The position numbers were made by a program, and so were the translations under genes. Below the pieces are notes generated by a model that saw only the letters and a list, made by a program, of their open reading frames with translations, had not been told where the DNA came from and searched no databases. From Somniosus microcephalus (taxonomy: Eukaryota), in NCBI GenBank assembly GCA_052327205.1, contig CM126202.1, positions 381,362,001 through 381,426,000 of the forward strand: DNA of 64,000 nucleotides, given 5' to 3'. Within the stretch, counting starts at the first letter, position 1. Every line of letters starts with the position of its first letter. Of the stretch, positions 36,130-49,434 are shown piece after piece.

Positions 36130-36808
36130 TCAGAAAGCCAGCATGCAGGTACAGCAAGCAATAAGGAAGGCAAATGGCATGTTGGCCTTTATGGCAAGGG
36201 AGTTGGAGTATAAAAGTAAGGACGTCTTGCTACAATTGTACAGGGCCTTGGTGAGTACACACCTGGAGTACTGGGCACAGTTTTGGTCTCCTTATCTAAG
36301 GAAGGATATACTTGCCTTAGAGGCGGTGCAAAGAAGGTTCACTAGATTGATTCCTGGGATGAGAGGGCTGTCCTATGAGGAGAGATTGAGTAGAATGGGC
36401 CTACACTCTCAGTTTAGAAGAATGAGAGGTGATCTCATTGAAACATACGAGATTCTGAAGGGGATTGACAGGGTAGATGCTGAGAGGTTGTTTCCCCTGG
36501 CTGGAGTGTCTAGAAATAGAGGGCATAGTCTCAGGATAAGGGGTAGAACACTTAAGGCCGAGATGAGGAGGAATTTCTTCACTCAGAGGGTTATGAATCT
36601 TTGGAATTCTCTGCCCCGGAGGACTGTGAATGCTGAGTCTTTGAGTATATTCAAGGCTGAGATAGATTTTTGGACTCTAGGGGAATCAAGGGATATGGAG
36701 ATCGGGCGGGAAAGTAGAGTTGAGATCAATGATCAGCCATGATCTTATTGAATGGCGGAGCAGGCTCGAGGGGCCATATGGCCTACTCCTGCTCCTATTT
36801 CTTATGTG
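36130..36808 (+). mobile_element. CR1 LINE 3' fragment
   Basis: KANGMLAF, LEYWAQFWSP, MRGDLIETY, FFTQRVMNLWNSLP, then the 3' tail. Confidence 0.95.
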
Positions 36809-38489
36809 CTTTTTAAAATAGCTACTTCTAAAATGGAGACTGTCAGTAAGCTACCAAATGGCAAACCGTCTGTGAGCTAACAGCCTGACAAACAACTTTC
36901 CTTGATAATTCCTCCAGCTTACTTGAAACATTGAGACTGACAGATGGCTATGTGATTTGCAGTTGTGTTCAGATTTGAAGACTACCGTGGGTGGGAAATT
37001 GCAGGCTTTCAAGCCGTTACCACCTCTCCTACGTGTAAAGGCTGTTAACATCACTCCTGGCTCGTTTATTCAAAATAAAATCCCTCTTACATGGAAGAAT
37101 CTCCATGGCAGAAAACTGCCAGTTGTCAGTCCCAGCTTAAGAACACCAAACTATGTGGGTGAACTGGAACTATGTCCATACACATCTCATCTTGAAGGTC
37201 TAAAAAAGAGACAAAGAGTGATTCAATCTAAATGATCAGATGCTTAATCAGAGACTGTAAGAAACATCTTTCTAAAAAGGGTACATTAACTCCTATTTTT
37301 TAAGTACTGTGCTGTTTTAGTATATTGCTGTGTCTTTATGCTTCTGTATATTGTTTCACCTGTAAATACATTTGAGCAAGTAGTTTTGGCCTGTATAAAT
37401 TGGTATGGGTTATTTTCTGATTTTGAAGGTGAAGTAACAACATGGTGGGCACCCCATATATTTCCAGTAATCTATTTATCGTGATTAGAGGTTAATTGTG
37501 AAACCAGGACATGCTGACAAGCACACAATGGAGAACAAAGACTCAGGTTTTGATTCAAAAGGAATTAGGTCTGATTATGGAAACTGCCACCTAACCACGA
37601 ACACAAGAAGCAGCGTTGGGGGAGAAAAGCCCACATTGTAATGAGGGTCCTTAGTTGATACCTTGGCTTTGTACTTCTGGGCCAGTGCTATAGTCATTTG
37701 GATGCAACTTAGTTTCAAGGTAACTGCCTCCAGCAATATTGGACACTATATTTGTAAGAACCTGCTAGAAAATGTACATATGGACAAGATCTGACGTGGC
37801 TGTAATGCTTCCCATGCTTAAATAGCCTTGATGACGCTCACTGGTTTAGGCTTCCATGTGCAGAATGAGCACTTGGGCAATTTGCTGGAGGAATACTTAA
37901 GAGAAATAACAACCTTCAGAAGAAAAGGCAGTAACAACAATTTAGCTTCACTGTAAAATATTAACACAGACAAGTAATGCCAAGAAGTAAAATAATTGGT
38001 TGACTTTTAGGCGTGCCCCATGCCCACCTTTTGATAGGTCAGCATATTATTGTCTGCATAATGGAAATATTGTGTTTGTTCTTTACATGTAGTAAATCAG
38101 CACAATTTAAATCTTAATACACAATTCATCCATCTGGCAGGAGCTGCTGGGGATGGAATTAACTCAGTAAAGCAGGAGACAGCCGAGGTGACAGCTGCTG
38201 ACAGAACTAGTCTCATTCCAATACTTCACCAGTGGAGACAATTATTCACATCACTGCCTCCTTTTCCTTAACAAGGGGAGATTCCTTCAGATCCTTTCCC
38301 AAAGTAACTCTAGCACTGCACTTTGCTGCTTGATTACATTTCTTAGGCTTATGAAAGTCTGGCAAACCCTACTCTTTCTGTGCTTTATCATTTTTGCAAA
38401 ATATTTTATTTTCTATTCAATGGCAGAGAAGAAAAATATTAGTATTCATTAAACGTTCACTGCAAATGCTGGAGGTGGGAAGCATGATA

Positions 38490-39360
38490 CAATGGCTCAG
38501 TGGGTGAAATCACTGCATGGGAAGATGGTGAGCCACATAGGTTAGAAAGGCGCCAGGTTCAATTCCTGCTGAGTTAGCTGTTCTCAACTGGAGTAGTTTT
38601 GGGGTGCTACAATTAGTCTCAGGTTCCTAGACTAGGGAAAGGGCGAGAAAATAACTAACCAGTGTTCTTGCTTTCAATTACAGGAAACTCTCGTTTAAAC
38701 GGCACCTATCCGGAATTCTCTATTAACCGGCAAAACTCATACTCCGAAAACACCTCAACAACCGGAAATGTTGCCGAGTCCGAGTCTCCCGCGGTGGCTG
38801 AGTTAGTCAGTGTGGGTAGTTCTCCAAACTGCCACTACTCGGCTTCTTGGCACTGTCAGAAGTCCGAACAGCTCAATAACAGGAGTCTGACTCTTTGTTT
38901 ATTAAAAATAGCCTCGGTAGATAACCCTCTCTGTCATCCGGAATTTTTAATCAACCGGCACCATCCCGGTCCCGTTGGTGCCGGATACCAGAGCGTTTCC
39001 TGTATATAGAATATACAGCACACAAACAGGCCATTCAGCCCAGCCAGTCCATGCCGGTGTTTATACTCCAATCAAGCCTCCTCTCTCATCTAACCCTATC
39101 AGCATAACCCTCTATTCTCTGTGTCTACTCTTATCAAAACCTTTCATAATTTTAAAGACCTCTATTAGGTCACCCCCTCAGCCTTCTCTTTTCAATTGCA
39201 GTCCTGTAATATCTGCTGGAAAGTGTGGATGTTTAGTGAGGTCCAAATTGGGCTCAGCGAGTAACATACCCTCCTCAACAACACTCATTTTTGAGGCTCA
39301 CACATGATTACAGAAGTGAGGTCTCTGACAATTACTGGTATGTGTATAAAAGAGAAGGGG
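38490..39360 (+). mobile_element. tRNA-headed SINE carrying nested MITE and CR1-tail insertions
   Basis: TGGCTCAGTGGG / GGTTCAATTCC boxes; body resumes near 39190 after inserts at 38681-39002 and ~39005-39190. Confidence 0.7.
38681..39002. mobile_element. Tc1/mariner (Tigger/pogo-like) MITE
   Basis: TA-flanked, CAGGAAACTCTC...GAGCGTTTCCTG; right end matches the left end of 7429-7759 in reverse. Confidence 0.82.
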
Positions 39361-40319
39361 GAGAATATGGGAATAAAATCCGCGATATAGTTCAATAACC
39401 TATTCCAACGAATCATGCCTTACGTGTAAGGTCTATTAATTAGCCACAATGTTAAAATATATCGTTAATCAGGACCAAATACACCCTCACGTTAAAACAC
39501 AATATTGCACTGACTAGTTTCTAAAAGAATGTCTTCAAAAGATGAAATGCATGTCTTGGTGCACTGTTCTGCCCTAGAATTAATGCAGATCATTTCCCAT
39601 GATTCTCTACATAAACTTCTGAACTGAGCCATGGTATTAAGGGATGGATTGAGAGGAGACAAGGCACTCATCCACACAGAAGGCATACGAACAGCAGACC
39701 ATTGTTGTACACCCCTTAGGCGCTGGCTTATGAGCAATATTGATGCTTGAAATGAGAGCCCTGGCCGAGGAAATGCATAGGGTGGGAATGTTTGCAATTA
39801 AGTAGTTCCTATTCAACATGAACATTTTTACATACCCTTCTAAATCTTTTCTGTTTTGGATGGTTCCTATCTGTGATTCTGCTTTTATATTGGAGTAAGT
39901 AAATACTATACTAGTGCTGCTAGCTCCTAAGGTCTATGGCCAGGAAAGCTCCTTCTTTACAACTGCGTCTTCCTGGGCCCTGGTCTCAGCAAGTTTACTT
40001 TGGTGTTGCCGCTGACTGCAAAGCTTGTAAGTTGGGATCCAGTGCCATTAACACAGCAGCTGCTTGTGATCAGACTCTAGCCATGAAAGCAGATGGGTGC
40101 AAATTACAGACCATCAAGAATATGGATTTTGTTTGTTGCCAATCTTCTGTATTCCACTCCTGAAGCCATTAGGGTTTGCTGGGATGCTGCCTGACCTGCC
40201 GAGTTTCTCCAGCACTTTCTGTTTTTATTTCAGATTTCCAGCATCTGTAGTATTTTCTTTTTGTATTTGGGTTTGCTGGGATATGGTTCCAGGGACGTTG
40301 ATTGTCTTTTGGTACCGCA

Positions 40320-40860
40320 CTTGAGAGTGTCCATTATTTGTGTATGAGCCTAAACAAAGTGTTGACAGGCTGCTAAAACACAGAAGAATTACAATTGAGC
40401 CCAATTCTCACCTTCACCCAATGTTCACACACTCACAACACCTGAAGTCGCTGGACAACAATCAGGAAATGTTGCTTTATCCACTGTAACCTATCAGCAC
40501 AGTGGCCAGTTGTGGTGTTCCTACCACCACTCCAATGGACGTTATCTTATTCAACATAGACCAGAGATTGTCACGAGATAGGTTATGTCATCAGTAGCTG
40601 AGCCATACAGACCAGAAATGCTCACCGTTGGATCTCTGGTCTACTGAGTTAGCTGATCTCAACCAGAGCATTGTACCTATGGGGTGCTATAATGGATGTT
40701 AGCGCCATGGGTAACAGATGGGAAAATCAGCCAAGGTTCTTGCTCTGGTCGCTCTCCAGTTACTCTTGCTGGAAATTCATATTGAAGAGGATCTGGCTTG
40801 ACTGCGATGCCTCCATGATTTAATAACCTCTCATTGTCAGGGCCTGCACATCATTAATGG
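40320..40860. mobile_element. Head-to-head pair of old SINE copies
   Basis: Minus copy ~40320-40570 and plus copy ~40597-40860 of the 31020/38490 family. Confidence 0.55.
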
Positions 40861-42099
40861 TGACTTGGGTGATGCACCAGAGGGTGAGGGGCCCATGGAA
40901 ATAATACCCCACAGCAAGGAGACAATGCCTTCATGCGAGAGGGGTGCAAAGAAAATTGGAGATGAAAAAAAAAGAAATTCTGGGGAGGGGGGTGTGGGGA
41001 AGAGAGAAGTAATAAGAAGAAATACATTGTTGCCAATGGTTAGGTGGCATACAGCACAGGAACAGGAGCAGATCATATGGTCATCATGAAGCTGAGAGCA
41101 CCTTTTCAAGGGATGGTTGTCTCATTATTATCCTCTTGGGTGCTCTCCTAAACTTGCATCCACAAAGGAAAAAAGGAAGAATAATGCAGCACAGTTGAAT
41201 AATGGAAGTTCAGGAGACTAAAGAAAAATAGCAAAACTAAACCACAGTCATGACTTTATTGGACTAGCCTGTAGAAACCCTGTTAAAGGAGCACTGTCTG
41301 AAAATAAAAAGAAATAGTTGGCATTTGTAATTCTATTTATTAATAACCACTTATTGTAGTTTCTGGTCACCACAAAAACTGCAAAAATAAGAAACAGTAA
41401 CAATATACAAAATACTATTAGAGTTTGGCTCTTTAACATTGGTAAAAATGCCACCAAACTCTTCAATAAGGCTGGGGTATAGCTAAAACCCGATGTTTAA
41501 AATACACTTAAATAGGACTTGGTTTAAAAAATGTTAAAAAAACAAGCAATGACAAGAAGATGCTGGTGACTGAGTGGATTGGTTAAAGCTGAAATATCCC
41601 TTTTTTATTAACCTCCACAGATGAACTGTGACAATGCTCTCAAAAGGCATTGTTTTTCATTATAATAAAGAAAATTTTTCACAGAAATGCTTTGGTGAGT
41701 GTAAAGGATGTGGCAGACTTCTCAACCAGAGAGAGTCTGTGGAATTGGGGACACTCAGGAATGGTGGGTTCAGAAATTGACAGTGCCAGTTCCAGCTAGA
41801 TTGGACCCCCCATCAGACTTAATACCTGCATGATGCTGATGATGTTATGAAGGCAAGGACTAGAGAATTGAACTGTGTCTCTTCCTCTACTTCATTTTCA
41901 CTTTACTTTCAACTTTATTGATTTTAAATGTTCTCACTTTGCTGCCCTTTTACTTTCCATTTTTCACATTTGATTTATTTGCTTATTTATTGTGTTCTCA
42001 TCACTCCTTTCCTTTACTCTTATTTTTCTCTACTTGTGCTCAGTTTATCCCTTGTTCTTTCGGTTTTAATTCTGTCCCGGATCCCTCTTGATCGAATCC

Positions 42100-42270
42100 T
42101 AACCAACATTCCTCCCTCAACCAATACCACCACAAACTTAACTGATCATCTTATGGCTGTTTGTGGGACCTTGCCAGGCTTGCCTAAATCAACGGTCACT
42201 GCACTCCAAAAGTAATTCATTGTGTGAAGCACAGACATTTGAAACTGGTAAAGCACCTTTTAAATGCAAG
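42100..42270 (+). mobile_element. Partial Deu-domain SINE
   Basis: ccctcaaccaatacc...gctgtttgtgggaccttg...aaatgcaag. Confidence 0.65.
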
Positions 42271-43104
42271 CCCCAACAAAAAAAAACTTGCTTATTTAGT
42301 ATTTTCTTAGTATCTGTGCCTATTTATATAGAGCGTTTTATGCTGCTGGAAGTGGAGATTATCCATACTCCAACACAACGGCAAAACCTCTTTATAACCA
42401 CTATTTTTTTCTGAATATTTTTGTTCAAACTGAGTGCTGATGACATAATATGGGGAAACTGGTTAGACGACTTGAGGTTAGAGGACTTACCGTGCTTGAT
42501 GTGTGAGGGAGTTGAATTTACATCAACAGAAGTAGAGACAATAGCAAGCAATCATGTTATTTTAACTGTGTGCCAACCACAGAGTAAAAGCTCTCATTAT
42601 TAGGTTCAATACCATCCTACAACCAGCATTCAGTGGTTACAATTGTATCTCTATTGGTTAATTCAGTTCCCTTGCTCTGTTAGGCCTAGAGACAGCAGCC
42701 TGTGTTAGTCGCTCTATTGTTTTCGGTGTTAATTCAGCTCCCTCATGGTGTTGGGCTCAGTAACTTCTCCACTTCAGTCCCCTCGTGACACCAACAGCAC
42801 TCAGCATTTAAACAAATGCATTTAAAAGGGGAAAAAAAGGATATTAATCATAACTTCTAATGATTAAATCATTAAGGTTACAATATTGATATTTGCTTTT
42901 TAAAGAGACATTTAGAGTGATATCTAAGTGAGACTGGCATTTATCCTATACCACAGGAATTTCCAAGCTCTTGTCCTTAAGGGCCACATATTAAGCTTAT
43001 ATCCACTTTTCCATTAATTTGCACACATGTCAAGTTGCTAATACTAATAGCTCTTGCAGTTCTACTTTAGGGTTTCTGCACCAATGAAGTGACAGCACTT
43101 AGAA

Positions 43105-43216
43105 CACTACTTTCCAAACCGCCAGCCAGTAAAATTCAAATAGGACAAACCAAGAGCCAGACTGCTTAACTTCAGGGACTACATATGGCCCTAGGGCTGC
43201 AGGTTGGACACCCTTG
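43105..43216 (-). mobile_element. Ancient hAT-Charlie-like MITE
   Basis: CAAGGGTGTCCAAC...TTTGGAAAGTAGTG; aligns by eye with 55629-55788. Confidence 0.6.
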
Positions 43217-44552
43217 TTAAAAAGTTAAGGTTAAAAGTATTCATTTTGACGAGTAAATCTATCAACTAAAAATATTGCTTTAATTGGTGGCAGCTGTCAT
43301 TCTCAGTCTGTGAACATGCTTCAAAAACAACAAAAAATGTTATTCTTCTTTTTGCAACATGCAGCTGTTGTTCCAAATTTTAGCTTTTAACTCAAACACC
43401 ACCAGAACTATTTATTTTCACTGATTCTTTCCTGAGTTGAGAATTGAAATCACCGCAAATTTGTGAGCAATTTCCTATAGGCAATGCCACTCCATGCATC
43501 AGCAGACTGGAGGTTTGCTTAGCACAGCAGGAGAGCCAGGTTCTACTCCATCACTGAGTGACTGCCTCACCAAGGGGCCCCAGGGGAAAAGGATGAAAAC
43601 AACCACACATCCATATATGCTTGAATTAAAATGAGAAACCCCTGGAAAAAAATCCAAAGGAAGCAAACAGTGAGGAATTAAAGATCAACTTAAAGAAGTT
43701 ATGTCCACAGTGAATGACTAACTTTAATCTTTTGTTTGAAACTTTTGCTGGTTTCCCCACTCGGATTTTTAAATGATTGTATCCCCCTTCTCCATGTGTT
43801 ATGCACCATTCTTACAAAAAGGGCAGGTTTCATCCTACATTTTGTAACCAGAGGTTAAGAGATGCTCTTTGAATGGCCTTGGAGTAAGGCAGATTCACTC
43901 TCTCATGCTTCCTTTCTCCCACCTTTAGTGAGGCCTTGGCCTTCACGGAGACATTTCTCCCTTTCCCTCTGAAAACTTAGCCAAGGAAATTGCCAGATGG
44001 AGAACATAAAGCAAAAATCCAGGAGCTCCCATAGGAAAAGTGCACTGGAGCATTAAGTTGCTACCTGGATATCTTAATTTTAGACAAGTTTAATTATCTC
44101 TTTTTGCAATTTCTCTGCAGCAGATGAAACTGATTAAAACAGTGTTTTCACTTTGAACCAAGTCAAGATATTAGCTCTATATCTAGGGATAGAAAGCAAA
44201 ATGTTATTTGACTCCCAGCATATAGAATTGGCAGGTTCTTTGGCCAAACACAAATTAAACTGCAACTCCACTATGGGGCACATTTCATTGCAGCGACTAA
44301 AAATGAATTTAAAAAATATTTTTGCAACATAATGAGGTTAATAAAAAAGCAAATACAACAGGATACTGCAGTCCTAGAATGTCTGACGGTCTGTCCTATA
44401 TAGTTGAAGAAAGGGTTAACTGCAGCTTCAAGTCTCAATGAACATCTGTTGTCCTGGAACTTGCAAGTAATTTCGTCCAAGTCTCCCCTGCAGCTACAGA
44501 TTGCATTCGGTTAAAAGGCTTCTCTAGCCTTCCGCTCGCTCCCCACCACATA

Positions 44553-44575
44553 TTAAATTACATTCTTCAGATTTC
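44553..44575 (-). CDS. HDAC8: Histone deacetylase 8, last coding exon (exon 11)
   Basis: tgtgttttccag acceptor; (G)NLKNVI*; 23 nt, phase matches exon 10. Confidence 0.93.
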
Positions 44576-46487
44576 CTGGAAAACACACACAAAAAGCACA
44601 ATATTTTTACTTAAACTTTTGCCCTCATTGGTTCACAGCACAGTGCCACTAGCAGATTAACTTCAAATCATATTCAGAAAAGTGGGAATCAAATGGAATC
44701 AGATCCTCATTTTATTAAATCTAGCTGTATTCTCATTAAGCTGCAGAAATAGATTGTCTTGATAAACATTAAACCATACAACCATAACAGGGTCTTCTTT
44801 AGAAAGGCTGCTTCTGTACAACCAATAGACAGACATTGTCTTACTGCTGCAATGTCAGAATATAGTTCATTATATGGCAAGTTCCCATTTCCAATTATCT
44901 GGGGAAGATAGGAAGCACATCTGTATCTGTGTGCAGGCACTGCTTCAATCTTTTAAACTGCACTATTTAAAAACATTCATTCCAGTTTAGATCCAGGAAA
45001 TACTCAGGTCATATAATGCAAATTTTTAATGAAGATATAGATTGAATACATCCCAAGACAGTCAATTATAACTGAACTTGAATTTTCCACTTATCGAACC
45101 ATCAGTTACGTCCAATTAGCCAGCTTCTGATATAGTAAAATGTGATAAAGAACAAGATTTGATTCTGAAAGTCTTAATAATTTAAGTTATGTAATCCTTT
45201 CCAAGGTAACAGCATCCATGTGTCACAATTAAGAACAAAATATTACTGTTTTATTACATCACATACATATCATTATCAGCTGCTTTTGCACTTTGAACGA
45301 TTCAGCTATTGAGCATATGGTGTCTGCAGAAATGTATTCTCCTGCATTTGGTTATATCCAAAGCAACATGTTAGACAAGTACATTTCCTGTGTTTAGTCT
45401 GTATCCTGTATAGTGTCCTCAGAGACACATTACCCTTATGTTTGGCTGTGCCCAGTATAACATGCCCACAGGAGGTATATTTTTGTATGATTACCTATAT
45501 CTAGGAGTCAAAAATCTAACCCTTGCACATTTGCCACCAGTGCCAGCACTGTTAAGGTGCTCCATTTACCTGTGGAGTAATAATCTGATGTTGCCACACA
45601 ACACATGCTCAGCCCATTTGAATAATTTTCTGGTGCTCATGAAACTGGAATTCTGGATGTCAATAGCCTGCCAAGTGCCCAGTGATTTTCCAGCAAGGAG
45701 AGCAGTGGCACTAGGCACAGGGAGCAATGGGCAAGTGTGCCACGGCCAGCTTTTAAAAAAAATAGGGCTTCCCCATCAGCACCAGCTTTAAATGGACTCT
45801 CTGGAGCTGGAGAGATGCTCAGGTGCACCATTTACATTGTGAGGCAGCTTCCTAAATGGATTATTTGGGGGTCGAATGAGCCTAATGGACTGCCTGTATG
45901 CAAGCTCTCAGTACCGTTAACGCTGATTGTCCACATTAGGGACGCTAGGTGCATTGGACGCACAGCAGGCCTCAGGTTTCCATGCCCGCTATTACAGGTG
46001 CCCAATGTGTTTCAGTGCAGCAGATTATTGTCCCCCTAATGTAATGCACATGGGCTGCTTGTTTGCTGATATTAAGCAATAGTCTTATGAAAAGATTTTG
46101 CCGTATATAGATTTAAAGAAGTCAAGATAGGTGCAATCTCATTTGGATTTCTGCAACGACAACTTCTAATTTTCCTTGATTTAGAATAGGCTAACAGATG
46201 GAATATATATGTAGAAATGCATTCTGTGTTTGGTAATTTTTCAAAACAATGTGATGCCCTGCAGTCTCTGAAGGGTTAAATGTTTAGATTTGTGCAGATT
46301 ATATTGAATTTATTATATTGCAGCCCTCTCCCAAAATGATGACAGTGTGACTACATTAATATCAAATCACAATGTCCCATGTCCTGTACATTTAAATGGG
46401 AAACATAATGCTTCCACTTTAAAAGTAGAGATTGTAGACCAAAAGTAATTTCAGTTTTGCTACTTGGTATAGATTTTCTGGGCTCCA

Positions 46488-47792
46488 TACATAGGATTAC
46501 ATAGGATATACGGCACAGAAACAGGCCATTCGGCCCAACCAGTCAATGCCGACGTTTATGCTCCACTCGAGCCTCCTCCCGTCTTTCCTCATCTAAATCT
46601 ATCAGCATAACCCTCTATTCCCTTCTTCCTCATGTTTGTCCAGCCTCCCCTTAAATGTATCTATACTATTCGCTTCAACCACTCCTTGTGGTAGCGAGTT
46701 CCACATTCTCACCAGTCTTTGGGTAAAGAGGTTTCTTCTGAATTCCCTATTGGATTTCTTGGTGACTATCTTATATTGATGGCCTCTAGTGGAAGTGGAA
46801 ACATTCTCTCTGTATCCACTCTATCAAAACCTTTCATAATTTTAAAGACCTCTATTAGGTCACCCCTCAGCCTTCTTTTTTCAAGAGAAAAAGAGACCCA
46901 GCCTGTTCATCCTTTCCTGATAGGTATACCTTCGCATTTCTGGTATCATCTTTGTAAATCTTCTCTGCATGCTCTCCAGTGCCTCTATATCCTTTTTATA
47001 ATATGGCGACCAGAACTGCACACAGAACTTGAAGTGTGGTCTAACCAAGGTTTGATACAGGTTTAGCCTAACTTCCCTACTTTTCAATTCTATCCCTCTA
47101 AAAATAAACCCTAGTGCTTGGTTTGCTTTTTTTATGGCCTTGCGTCGCAACCTTTAATGATTTGTGTATTTGTACTCCTAGATCCCTTTGTTCCTCTACC
47201 CCACCTAGACTCGCACCCTCCAAATGATAAGTGACCTCCCTATTCTTCCTACCAAAATGTAATATCTCATTCATCTGTGTTGAACTTCATTTGCCAATTA
47301 TATGCCCATTCTGCAAGTTTATTAATGTCCTCCTGTAACTTGTTGCAGTCCTCCTCAGTATTGATTATCCCCAATTTGGTGTCATCTGCAAATTTAGAAA
47401 TTGTATTTTTGATTCCCAAGTCTAAATCGTTAATGTAAATTGTGAACAGCAGTGGTCCCAGCACTGATCCTTGTGGAACACCACTACCCACCTTCTGCCA
47501 CTGTGAATAGCTACCCTTTACTCCTACTCTCTGCTTTCTGTCCTGAAGCCAGCCAGCAATCTATTCTGCTACTTGTCCCTTGACTCCACCTTCTCTGACC
47601 TTGTTCACAAGTCTATTATGGGGTACCTTATTGAAGGCCTTTTGAAAATCCAGATAAATGACATCCACTGCATTACCCTTGTCTGCTCTCTCTGTTACCT
47701 CTTCAAAAAAATCAATAAGGTTGGTCAAGCAAGACTTCCACTTTTGAAATCCATGTTGACTATTCATCATTATATATTTGGTTTCTAGATGT
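46488..47792 (-). mobile_element. CR1 LINE RT to 3' tail
   Basis: SQHGF...SCLTNL, YLDFQKAFNKVPH, GVPQGSVLGPLLF, KFADDTK. Confidence 0.95.
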
Positions 47793-48454
47793 AAAAACAT
47801 ACTGCTTCTTTTTAGAACAAACTTGACATTCTATTAAAAATCACAGAATGATCCAGCCTACTCTCCTAATTCTGGAAAAATGATGTTATCAGATCATGGG
47901 ATCTTGGCAGGTAGAAGATAACTCTAATTTCAAGAGCAGACTAGCTCTGTCCCAAAGCATGACTACACAATTGAATCTCTTTTAAAGTTTTTTTTGTCAA
48001 ATTTTGTTTGAGAACGCTCCTGTGACATGCCTTGGACGTTTTACTACATTAAAGGAGCTATATAAATTCAAGTAGTTGTTTTCTCTGGAAAAATGCAGCA
48101 TCAGCATATTAATACACCAATGAACTTAGCCACTGAGTGTGGTGGGGAAAAAGTTTGATCTTCGCCATGTTATTATGGGGAAGTACTGAAGGCAGACCAG
48201 GAAATTCTCCATAGGACCATTAAGGAAAACCGGAAGTACAGTCATCCTCAAGTGCCTCTTTTAAACATTTGAGAACAACTTTTCTCTCAAATGCAGGAGA
48301 TGGATATCCTGATTTAATTTTACCTCCCTCAGATTACCATACCCAGACTTGAAAAACCCACTTCCTTAAGGAAGCCTGGATGCCAATGTCCAGAACTTAG
48401 ATTTTAAAATCAATAATAGTGAGTCTAACCAGGGCTGACTTGGGGTTTCTACCT

Positions 48455-49232
48455 TTAGGAATATAGGAACAGGAGTAGGCCATTTAGCTTCTCGAGCCTA
48501 TTCCATCATTCAATGAGATCATGGCTGATCCTAACTCCATATACCCGCATTTCCCCCATAACCCTTAATGGCCCAGAAATTCGGGTCGGGGGCTTCCCGC
48601 GGGTGCAAGCCCCCGACCTGCACTTCCGGTTTTCCTTAATGGTCCTATGGAGAATTTCCTGCGCTAGATAAGTGCAGGTCGGGGGCTTGCACCCGCGGGA
48701 AGCCCCCGACCCGAATTTCAGTTTGATCAAATCACCCCATAATCTTCTAAATTCCAGGGAATACAACCCTAGTTTATTTAATCTCGCCTCGTAATTTAAC
48801 CCATGGAGTCTGGGTATCATTCTAGTAAATCTACGCTGCACTCCCTCCAAGGCCAATATATTCTTCCTAAGGTGTGGTGCCAAGAACTGAATACAGTACT
48901 CCAGGTGTGGTCTAACCGGGCGTTGTATAGCTGTAACATGACTTCTAACCCCTTGTATTCTAATCCTCTAAGGCCAGCATGTCATTAGCTTTGTGATTAT
49001 TTTTTGTACCAGTCTATGACATTTTAATGATCTATGTACATGGACCCCCAAGTCTCTTTGGCCCTCCACTGCTTCTAGCTTTTCGCCATGTAGAAAGTAC
49101 TCTGATCTATCCTTTTTAGGTCCAAAGTGGATGGCCTCACACTTGCCTATATTGAAATCCATTTGCCACAGTTTTGCCCATTCACTTAATCTATTAATAT
49201 CTCTTTGTAATTTTATGCTTCCATCTACACTG
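48455..49232 (-). mobile_element. CR1 LINE 3' fragment interrupted by a palindromic insert
   Basis: LQRDINRLSEWAKLWQM, ALEGVQRRFTRMIP, tail at ~48455-48565. Confidence 0.9.
48576..48719. repeat. Perfect 50-bp inverted repeat with 44-nt loop (Harbinger-like MITE remnant)
   Basis: 48576-48625 is the exact reverse complement of 48670-48719; left tip GGCCCAGAAATTCG matches the end of the 56230 element at 13/14. Confidence 0.95.
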
Positions 49233-49328
49233 TTGCAGAAAACTGTCCTGAACACACAAAGAATTCGCTACCTTTCTAACATGAGCTCGTCTGCTTATCC
49301 CAATTTAATGAGAGTATGCCCTTCTCAC

Positions 49329-49434
49329 CTCGGATCGTGCTAAGTATCTGTTCAATCCGCTGGGGATCATTCTGATCAGTCCTGCAGCTTCGGGTGATTT
49401 CCAGTACATAATCAGGCCCATATTCTGTAAAATA
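49329..49434 (-). CDS. HDAC8: HDAC8 exon 10
   Basis: tag/gtgaga boundaries, 106 nt; [35 protein letters not shown](G). Confidence 0.96.
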
